64,000 bases of DNA from Longimicrobiales bacterium. Lineage in GTDB: Bacteria; Gemmatimonadota; Gemmatimonadetes; Longimicrobiales; Gaopeijiaceae. This document shows, one piece after another, positions 9,762-17,077 of this stretch; the stretch's first letter is position 1; each line of letters opens with the position of its first letter. Under the pieces are notes generated by a model, which was not told the origin of the DNA, searched no databases, and saw only the letters and a list, made by a program, of their open reading frames with translations. A program made the translations under genes and the position numbers. The stretch is taken from NCBI GenBank assembly GCA_965198065.1, contig CBDAON010000004.1, positions 992,001-1,056,000 of the forward strand, given 5' to 3'.

Positions 9762-10577
9762 ATGGCTTGGCTTCCCCTTCGCCGCGTTCCGCTGCCCGAC
9801 GAGACCACCCGGGCCTACGACGCCTGGCTCGACGGGCTCGGGCGCTCGCTCGACGACCCCTCCACGGATCGGAACGAGCTGTGCCGAACGGTCCTGACCG
9901 AGCTGTACTATCCAGGACTCCGTGACGTCGACCCGGCGAAGCTGCCGGAAACGGTCCGGATCGCGCTCCTCCATATGGACCCCCGGAATATCACCCTCGA
10001 GCCCGAGTACTACCACGAAATCGACCAGGAGAAGTACAACAGGGTCAAGCCGCTTATCTGGCTCTGGGAGATGTTCGACAAGAGTCCCCTCGGCGAGAAC
10101 GTCCATCTCAGCGTGCTCTTCCGGAGGGTGCTGGCCAAGCGAATCTTCAAGAAGTGTGGGAAGAACTTCAAGGCGTTTCACTTCGTGAAGTTCTCCTTCG
10201 GATACAACCTCGAGGTCGGGGACGGCGTCGTCGTGCACCGGCACGTGCTGCTCGATGACCGGGGCGGCATTAGGATCGGAAACGGAGCCAGCATCGCCGA
10301 TTTCGCGAACGTGTACTCTCACGCCCACGACATCGTGGATCCCCACCTGATCGACTGTCCGGCCACGATCATCGAGGACGGGGTCCGCATCACGTATCAC
10401 GCCACGGTTCTCGCCGGCGTCCAAGTGGCGAAAAATTCCATGGTCGGAGCCCTGGGCGTCGCGACCCGCGACACCGAGCCGGAGACACTCCATCTGGGGA
10501 TTCCGGCCAGGGCGGTCAAGAAGAAGCTGGATACGGAGCGGAGAAGGGCTCCTCCAGACGCTCTGGCAACCGAATAG
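9762..10577 (+). CDS. hexapeptide-repeat (left-handed beta-helix) acyltransferase
   Basis: LEVGDGVVV, IRIGNGASI, TIIEDGVRI, VLAGVQVAKNSMVGA, GIPAR. Confidence 0.85.
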   Translation: MAWLPLRRVPLPDETTRAYDAWLDGLGRSLDDPSTDRNELCRTVLTELYYPGLRDVDPAKLPETVRIALLHMDPRNITLEPEYYHEIDQEKYNRVKPLIWLWEMFDKSPLGENVHLSVLFRRVLAKRIFKKCGKNFKAFHFVKFSFGYNLEVGDGVVVHRHVLLDDRGGIRIGNGASIADFANVYSHAHDIVDPHLIDCPATIIEDGVRITYHATVLAGVQVAKNSMVGALGVATRDTEPETLHLGIPARAVKKKLDTERRRAPPDALATE

Positions 10578-10676
10578 GAGGGCCTGCCGCGAGGCGGGCG
10601 GCTCAGCCTCTGGCCGAGCCGATTCCCTTCGGCCTGTTCGAGAGGAGCGTCCGGTTCCGGATGCAGGACAACCTGA

Positions 10677-10838
10677 ATGAGCAAGCTCCTCAATCTGATG
10701 GCCATGACGGTCGGGGGATGGATCGGCTGGGAGGTCGGATCGCTCGTCTCGGTCTTCACCGGCTTCGTCGTCAGCATGGTCGGATCCGGGGGCGGACTTT
10801 ATCTCGCTAACCGCTTCGTTCAGCGGTATCGGCCATAG
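10677..10838 (+). CDS. small 53-aa membrane protein (absent from the ORF track)
   Basis: MSKLLNLMAMTVGGWIGWEVGSLVSVFTGFVVSMVGSGGGLYLANRFVQRYRP; AGGA SD; Gly-rich hydrophobic helices; GC-rich third codon positions. Confidence 0.7.
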   Translation: MSKLLNLMAMTVGGWIGWEVGSLVSVFTGFVVSMVGSGGGLYLANRFVQRYRP

Positions 10839-10958
10839 GAATCGGGTCCGGGCGCATCCGCTCGCCCGGCGGCCCGGGCGCGCCCCCCGGGTGTAGAGCA
10901 GGGAGGAGCAGGAGCGCTCCGATCGCTGCCGACAGGTAGAGCGCGTAGATCGCCTTCG

Positions 10959-11110
10959 GACGACGAACGGGCTTCCCAACTCGATCACGTCCGGTTAGAG
11001 ACTTCGCGCTCGGCTAAATCCCTCACCTGCGCGTCCAGGTAGGTCCGGATGCCGCCGCTCGCCTGAGAGTAGAACTTGGTGATGTCGAGGACGCGGACGG
11101 GTGCATCGAC
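10959..11110 (-). pseudogene. remnant of a GT4-family glycosyltransferase
   Basis: VRVLDITKFYSQASGGIRTYLDAQ followed, out of frame, by PDVIELGSPFVV. Confidence 0.6.
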
Positions 11111-11213
11111 GCACCTGTCACGGACCGCCCCACCCTTGTCCCTCCCTTAGGCCTCTACTTTCCGAGTCCTGCAGGCACAGCGTTACCTGTCGTTGGGCAG
11201 CGGTCTGTGCAGA

Positions 11214-11690
11214 TCATGAACCGTCCAGCTCCGTTCGAGGTCGGGCGCGCTTTCGGGCTTCCGCAAGGAAGCCCGGCTTCAGGTCGAGTAGGTTTGCGAT
11301 CCGCCGGAGGAGGTACGCCTCGTGCTGCGCGAGATCTCCATCGGCGAGAACCAGCCCCCACATGATCTCTGCCAGCACGGTCTTCTGGCCGAGGTCGTAC
11401 TCGGACCGGATGAGGGACGTGAACTGATAGAGGTCGACAGCGGACGCCCGCTCGGCCTCCGCGAGCTCGATCAGCTCCCTGGCGGTGCCCTCGTCCAGGT
11501 CGAAGTGCCGGCCCAGGGCCCCCTCGATGTGGGCTCGCTCGGTATCGCTGAACTCATCGTCCGCGTAAACCAGCTCGAGGAGGAGCGCACACGCCGCGAT
11601 GTGGAGGCGCTCGCGGACAGGAGGGGACTCCGGCGCCTCCGGCGGCGGGCTCATCTCGCGCTGGAAGAACGTCCGGACCCGGCGCAGCAC
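11214..11690 (-). CDS. TerB family protein
   Basis: IAACALLLELVYADDEFSDTE, AVDLYQFT, MWGLVLADGDL..HEAYLLRRIANLL. Confidence 0.88.
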   Translation of the reverse strand: MLRRVRTFFQREMSPPPEAPESPPVRERLHIAACALLLELVYADDEFSDTERAHIEGALGRHFDLDEGTARELIELAEAERASAVDLYQFTSLIRSEYDLGQKTVLAEIMWGLVLADGDLAQHEAYLLRRIANLLDLKPGFLAEARKRARPRTELDGS

Positions 11691-11729
11691 GGCCTCAGCC
11701 CCCGCCCGCCGGTCGGCTCGGCCAACGGA

Positions 11730-12773
11730 TCACGCGTCGCCCTCGTCGGGCGCGCTGCCCGGGTCGCCTGAGGGTGGGGCGCCGGCCCGGTCTTCCTCCC
11801 CCTCTTTCCAGACGAGGGCCCCGGCCGCTCCCGCCATCCCCATGATGCCGGGAACGTTCAGGGAGTCCGCCAGCCCGGAAGGTACCACCATGAGAGAGCC
11901 GCGCTTCACAATGCTCTCATAGAGCATGTTCATGGCCCGGAGGTTCATCGCAACCGGGTTCGAACGGTAGCGCTCGGCGGCTTCCACGAACTTGGACGCC
12001 ACCTCGGTCTCGGCGGTGCCCAGGATGATCCGGGCCTGCCGCTCCCGTTCGGCCTGCGCCTGCCTGGACATCGCCTCCTCCAATGCTTCCGGAATAATCA
12101 CGTCCCGGATCTCGACGGACTGCACCTGGATGCCCCAGTCGTGCATTTTCCGGTCCAGCGCTTCCTGGAGCCCCCGCCCCAGCTCCTTTCTCGACTGGAT
12201 CAGCTCGGCCAGGTCGTGCTTCCCGATCCCGTCCCGAAGGGCCGTCTGCGCGGCCAGGATCACGGCCTCGTTGTAATCCTGGACCTCAAGGGCCGCCCGC
12301 TCCGCGTCGTAGACGACCCAAAACGCGATCGCGTCCACGTCCACCGGCACTGTGTCCCGCGTGAGACACGACTCCGCGCCGAACGCCGTGGTTCGGATGC
12401 GCTGGTCGATGTGGTAGCTGACTCGGTCGATGATCGGGACCACGGCAAAGAAGCCGGGGCCACGCAGGCCCCGATAGCGCCCCATGCGGAGGACCACGGC
12501 CTTCTCCCACTGATCTGCGAACTTGATGGACGACCCCAAGAGCAGCGCGGCCGCGGCTCCGACCGCCAGCGCTACGGCCGGCAGCGTCCCCACCAGGTAG
12601 ACCCCGCCTCCCACGACCGCCCCGGCCGCCAGCCCGGCCGTGATCGCCGGAACGGGGTACCGCGTGTCGTCGGGGGAGCTCTTGGACATGGCCCGCTTCT
12701 CCAGTCGGGAGGCCCGCATCTTTTGCGGATCGTAGCGCACGATCTTCGTGTCGTGCGCGGTCTGGCCCATCAT
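11730..12773 (-). CDS. SPFH / stomatin (band 7) family protein
   Basis: Hydrophobic N-terminal segment, QWEKAVVLRMG, LTRDTVPVDVDA, AQTALRD, VEIRDV, AMSRQAQAERERQA. Start could alternatively be the ATG at 12689. Confidence 0.92.
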   Translation of the reverse strand: MMGQTAHDTKIVRYDPQKMRASRLEKRAMSKSSPDDTRYPVPAITAGLAAGAVVGGGVYLVGTLPAVALAVGAAAALLLGSSIKFADQWEKAVVLRMGRYRGLRGPGFFAVVPIIDRVSYHIDQRIRTTAFGAESCLTRDTVPVDVDAIAFWVVYDAERAALEVQDYNEAVILAAQTALRDGIGKHDLAELIQSRKELGRGLQEALDRKMHDWGIQVQSVEIRDVIIPEALEEAMSRQAQAERERQARIILGTAETEVASKFVEAAERYRSNPVAMNLRAMNMLYESIVKRGSLMVVPSGLADSLNVPGIMGMAGAAGALVWKEGEEDRAGAPPSGDPGSAPDEGDA

Positions 12774-13198
12774 CCCGAATCACCGCCGCTGCCGTCGTCC
12801 AGCGCCGCCCGGTACTCGGCCAGGGCTCCGATCAGGTCGTCCACCCCGTATCCCAGGGCCTTCGCCTTCTCCGTCACATCGGTGCAGAGGGCGAGGAACG
12901 CCTTGCGGCGCCGTCGCACTTCCTCGGGCGGGGGTGCCAGGCTCACGAACGTACCCTCGCCGGGCCGGGTCGAGACCACCCCCAGGCGCTCGAGCTCCTC
13001 GTAAGACCAGGTAACCGTCCGGGGGCTCACGCCCAGTTCGATCGCGAGCTCCCGCACGGTGGGCATCCGCTCCCCCGCCTCCAGCGACCCCTCGACAACC
13101 TCCGTCCAAAGGTGCTCGACGATCTGATGCGCCACCGGATCCCCATGGCTCGCGTCCAGGATCCGTGCGAGCCGTCGCGGGAGCGAGCTGGAGCTCAT
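12770..13198 (-). CDS. GntR family (YtrA-like) transcriptional regulator
   Basis: GERMPTVRELAIELGVSPRTV..YEELERLGVV.TRPGEGTFV with a short C-terminal domain. Confidence 0.92.
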   Translation of the reverse strand: MSSSSLPRRLARILDASHGDPVAHQIVEHLWTEVVEGSLEAGERMPTVRELAIELGVSPRTVTWSYEELERLGVVSTRPGEGTFVSLAPPPEEVRRRRKAFLALCTDVTEKAKALGYGVDDLIGALAEYRAALDDGSGGDSG

Positions 13199-13410
13199 GA
13201 GCCTGGGTTTTGGAGAAGGATCGTAGCCTGAGGGCGCCCGCAGGCGCGAGGCCCTCCGATCCTGAAACTACACCGCTTGCGCCTTAGCGCTCAACTCAGA
13301 CGGCGCCGGGACGGCTCGCGGTACTTTGCGGGCTCGCCTGGGGCGCGGAACCGCCTTGAAAGGGGGCAGGAGGCAAGGCTCGGGATGCCTGCCGGAGCAC
13401 CCGACCCCAC

Positions 13411-13683
13411 TCAGATTCTCGGTTCCTTCAGGGTCGGCCACCTCCCCAATTCACGCGCCCCCAGCCCGCTCGGCGGCGTTCCCTGGACGCTCGTGGGATT
13501 CGGAAGCTGCACGCCGGCCGCCGCCCCGGAGATCTAGCTCAAGGCCTCGGCGGCGCGGTGGACCCAGGCGCCACCGATCGCAGCGGCCCCTCCGGCGAGG
13601 AGCGTACGCCGGCCGATCGGGCGGCTCGGTAATGGCTGACTCGCCGCGAGCGCGGGCTCGTTGGGTGAGGTCGGCCGTGCCAT
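13411..13683 (-). pseudogene. remnant of a Tat-exported protein (possibly SoxC-like N-terminus)
   Basis: GGAGAGG SD, ATG 13683, GRRTLLAGGAAAIGGA twin-arginine signal, in-frame TAG at 13536-13534, then VQLPNPTSVQGTPPSGLGAR, then loss of coding character. Confidence 0.45.
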
Positions 13684-13827
13684 ACGTGACCTCTCCGGGA
13701 TGGGTTTCCTCGACCGTATCTGGTGGCGGACCGGAGGAGCAAGCATGTTGCCCCGGAGCCCAGGCGCGGGCGTGCGAACGCTACAACGACGACGCCACGG
13801 GAGAAACCCGCACCCGAGGAGGAGGCC

Positions 13828-13938
13828 ATGAGGGCGATCATCGGCGCCGGCGTCACCCTGATGCTGGTCACGGGCGGCCCGGCCGCAGCGGCTTGGGAGA
13901 CGGCGGCAGCGGCCGGGCTCCCCCTCGGCGACCGGTAG
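13828..13938 (+). pseudogene. short signal-peptide-like ORF, probable gene remnant
   Basis: Strong SD GGAGGAGG; MRAIIGAGVTLMLVTGGPAAAA then TAG after 36 codons. Confidence 0.35.
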
Positions 13939-13956
13939 CGGCGATCCCCGAGTCCC

Positions 13957-15069
13957 ATGGGCTGCTGCGAGGCTACCAATCCGGACATGGCCAGAACGGT
14001 CTCGGGGCGGGAGCGTTCCGCCCCCCCGGACTGGACGACCGACGCCCTACTCGACCGCCGGGCGGTGATGAAGGGGCTCCTCGCCGCGGCAGGCGTCATG
14101 TGGATCAGCGGATGCGGCAGAGCAGGCGCCGGAGGGTCGCGCGTTCGTCTCGCGTTCTGCGGCCAGCTCCTTTGCGTCGTCCCGTATGAGGTCGCCCGCG
14201 CCCGGGGGCACTTCGCCGAGCAGGGGATCGATGTCGAGCTCGTGTACACGAGGGGCGGGAACCAGGCCATGCAGGCCCTGGTCGCGGGCGCGGTCGAGTA
14301 CGCGGGCACCTCCTTCGACGTCGCGCTCCAGGCCGCGGCGAACGGCGCCGCGATCCGACGGGTGGCCTCCACGGGCCGCCTGCCGCTCTTCGCTTTGGCC
14401 GCAGGGCCCGGACAGGTCGAGGCGATCACGTCGGTCGCGGACCTCTTGGATCGCACGGTCGGGATCTCGGGGCTCGGGAACGCGGACCACGCGCTCCTCC
14501 TCTATCTCCTAGATCGGGCCGAGGTGGACGCCGAGAGCGTCCGTTTCGCCTCGATCGGGACCAATCTCTTCGACGCGCTCCGCATCGGGCAGGTGGACGC
14601 GGCGATGCTCCAGGAGCCCGCTCTCTCGCTCGTCGTTCAGGCGGGCGGCCGAGAGCTCGTGAACTTCATGGAGATAGAGGAGACCCGGGAGCGCCTCGGA
14701 GGCGCCTACGAGTTCATGGGCGTCTCCGTCCGCGCGGAGGAGCGGGACGAGCGGCTGCCCGAGATCCGGCGGGTCGCTGCCGCGCTCGCCGGGGGGCTGG
14801 CCGACACGCGGAGCCTTCCCGTGGCGGAGATCGTCCAGGCTCTCCCGGAGCCCCTCGTGGCCGGCGGAGACCTGGAGCAGCTCCAGGGCATCCTGGAGCG
14901 CTACCGACTCTCGCTCTATCCGGAGGATGTGGCAATCGACGTCGAGGCCGCGAGGAGGGTGGTCGAGGCCCAGGAGATCGCGGGTCTCCTCCCAGCCGGC
15001 GCCGTGAGCCTCGACGCCCTCCTCGACGTGGGGGCCCTCGGCGGATCCCGCACGCCCTCCGGCCTCTGA
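13957..15069 (+). CDS. ABC transporter substrate-binding protein, NitT/TauT (NMT1-like) family, Tat lipoprotein
   Basis: DRRAVMK...ISGC signal; GHFAEQGIDVELVYTRGG, GQVDAAMLQEP; exact start uncertain. Confidence 0.88.
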   Translation: MGCCEATNPDMARTVSGRERSAPPDWTTDALLDRRAVMKGLLAAAGVMWISGCGRAGAGGSRVRLAFCGQLLCVVPYEVARARGHFAEQGIDVELVYTRGGNQAMQALVAGAVEYAGTSFDVALQAAANGAAIRRVASTGRLPLFALAAGPGQVEAITSVADLLDRTVGISGLGNADHALLLYLLDRAEVDAESVRFASIGTNLFDALRIGQVDAAMLQEPALSLVVQAGGRELVNFMEIEETRERLGGAYEFMGVSVRAEERDERLPEIRRVAAALAGGLADTRSLPVAEIVQALPEPLVAGGDLEQLQGILERYRLSLYPEDVAIDVEAARRVVEAQEIAGLLPAGAVSLDALLDVGALGGSRTPSGL

Positions 15070-15084
15070 CCCGGGCGCCCGACG

Positions 15085-15843
15085 TTGCTTCGAGTGCGCA
15101 ACCTCACCGTCGGATACGGAGCTGAGCCCGTCCTCGACAGGATCTCGATCGACGTCCACGCCGGGCAATTCACGAGTTTGATCGGGCCATCCGGATCCGG
15201 AAAGACGAGCGTTCTTCGAGCCGTCACTCGCCTGATGGATCCCGAGGAGGGAGGCATCGAGCTGGACGTCGCTCCGGACGAGATCGGGTTCCTGTTCCAG
15301 GACGACGCGCTCCTCCCCTGGCGCACGGCGCGGGAGAATGTGGCGCTCGGGATGCGGATCCGCGGGGCCCCGCCGGGCCCGGCGGGGGCGAAGGCGGACG
15401 AGTGGCTCGCCCTCTTCGGGCTGGAGGGGCTGGAGGACCGCTATCCCCAGCAGCTCTCGGGCGGACAGCGCAAGCGCGTGGCGCTCGCGCAGGTGCTGGT
15501 CCTGCGCCCGAAGCTCCTCCTCATGGACGAGCCATTCGCTTCGCTCGACGCCATCGTCCGTACGCGGATCACGGAAGAGCTCCACGGATGGGTGGAGCGG
15601 GAGCGCCTGACCGTCCTCCTCGTGACGCACGACTTGGATGAGGCGATCGGTGCGTCGGACGTCGTGTACGTCCTTTCGCGCGGTCCCCGGGCCCGCGTCC
15701 GCGCGCGGCACGAGGTGGGGATCGAGCGCCCGCGGTCGGTGCTGGAGTCCAGGCGCCACCCCCGGTTCGCGCCGCTCCGGGAGCAACTGTGGAAGGAGCT
15801 GTCTGAAGGCGCGGCGCATCGCCCGAGCCCGGTGGAACCGTGA
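15085..15843 (+). CDS. ABC transporter ATP-binding protein (NitT/TauT family)
   Basis: GPSGSGKT, FQDDALLPWRT, YPQQLSGGQRKR, LLMDEPFASLD, VTHD. Confidence 0.93.
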   Translation: MLRVRNLTVGYGAEPVLDRISIDVHAGQFTSLIGPSGSGKTSVLRAVTRLMDPEEGGIELDVAPDEIGFLFQDDALLPWRTARENVALGMRIRGAPPGPAGAKADEWLALFGLEGLEDRYPQQLSGGQRKRVALAQVLVLRPKLLLMDEPFASLDAIVRTRITEELHGWVERERLTVLLVTHDLDEAIGASDVVYVLSRGPRARVRARHEVGIERPRSVLESRRHPRFAPLREQLWKELSEGAAHRPSPVEP

Positions 15844-16667
15844 GCGCCGGTCCGACAGCTGCGAGCCGGAGCGCCGAGGGCTCGTCCTTACGCCCCCCTC
15901 CAACGGCATCTCGCCTCGCCCGAGGCCGGGTCGTGCGCCGCGCGGCCGCCCTCGTCGCACTCCTCGTTCTGTGGGAGGGCCTGTCTCGACTGGGGTGGGT
16001 GGACCCGTTCTATGCGCCTCCACCTTCCGAGGTCGCTTCGGTCGCCGCATCCCTGTTCCGGGACGGTGGATTCTGGACTCACCTCGAGGCGACGTTCGCG
16101 GCCGCCCTCCTCGGGTTGGCCGGGGGAATCGCGATCGGCGTCGTGCTCGGGTTCGCGGCTGCGCTCGTCCCCCTCCTGGCCGACGTGCTCGAGCCCGTCA
16201 TGATCCTCCTGAACGCGATCCCCAGGGTAATCCTCGCGCCCCTCTTCGTCCTGTGGCTGGGAATCGGGCTGGGCTCGAAGGTAGCCCTCGCGCTCATCCT
16301 CGTGGCCGTCCTCGTGTTCTTCGCGGTCTACGGCGGCATCAGGGACGTGGACCGGCGTTTCGTTGAGCGCGTTCGCACGCTCGGTGGCGGGACGGACGCC
16401 CTGATCCGTGAGGTATACGTCCCGTCCGTGACCGCGCGGGTGATGAGCAACCTGAAGATCGCGGTAGGCTTCGCCTTCACGGGCGCCGTCGTGGGTGAGT
16501 TCGTGGCGTCGAGCCGGGGGCTCGGCTACCTGCTCCAGTTCGCGCAGAGCACGTACAACGCGGGCCTCACGATCTCGCTCATCTTCCTCATCATGGCGCT
16601 CGTGCTCGTCCTGTTCGCGCTGGCGGAGCGCCTCGAGCGGCGGCTCCTCCGCTGGCGAGACAGATAG
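15840..16667 (+). CDS. ABC transporter permease (NitT/TauT family)
   Basis: PPPSEV, NAIPRVILAPLFVLWLGIG, GAVVGEFVASSRGLG. Confidence 0.93.
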   Translation: MSAGPTAASRSAEGSSLRPPPTASRLARGRVVRRAAALVALLVLWEGLSRLGWVDPFYAPPPSEVASVAASLFRDGGFWTHLEATFAAALLGLAGGIAIGVVLGFAAALVPLLADVLEPVMILLNAIPRVILAPLFVLWLGIGLGSKVALALILVAVLVFFAVYGGIRDVDRRFVERVRTLGGGTDALIREVYVPSVTARVMSNLKIAVGFAFTGAVVGEFVASSRGLGYLLQFAQSTYNAGLTISLIFLIMALVLVLFALAERLERRLLRWRDR

Positions 16668-16937
16668 AGGCCCTGCCGCCGGCCCGCCCTGTGGCCTGGA
16701 GCTATGTCCCCATGCGCCGGAGCACGTCGCGGAACTCCCGCGAGAGCTCCGCTCGCTGGGGGCGTGGAGCCTCCTTTCCCGGCTGTAGATGCGGTCGGCC
16801 GCCACGATCAGCTCCAGGTCGTCCCGCGCGCTCAGGTTCGGGGTAACCCCCCGCAGCCGGTCGGCGATCTCGCCCTTGAGCACTGGACAGAGCCACCCCG
16901 ACTCCGCGGAGACCATCCTTTTCCCTCAAGTTTCTGC

Positions 16938-16990
16938 TTGCCCACTCGGAGAGGCCTTCTGTACCTTGTCACCGGACATTCAGATGTTCC
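16938..16990 (+). promoter_or_regulatory. possible promoter and operator upstream of susC
   Basis: TTGCCC-18 nt-TACCTT followed by the inverted repeat ACAT-TCAG-ATGT (16976-16987). Confidence 0.25.
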
Positions 16991-17077
16991 CTAGGTGTGG
17001 TGGCTGGAGCCCGCGGGAGCTAGCGCCCGGTAGCGTTCTCTTACACAACCCTTACGTCCGATGGAGGATCGTCCTTC

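Noticed and set aside
13411..13960. Amber (TAG) readthrough or recoding suggested by in-frame TAGs at 13534, 13936 and 41778
   Set aside because: Many intact genes here end at TAG at the expected position (moaC, atpD, TolC, M23), and the TAG-containing segments show other decay.
16702..16929. Possible small frameshifted gene (MVSAESGWLCP... and ...RAELSREFRDVLRRMGT)
   Set aside because: No recognisable motif, so I cannot distinguish it from chance ORFs without a search.
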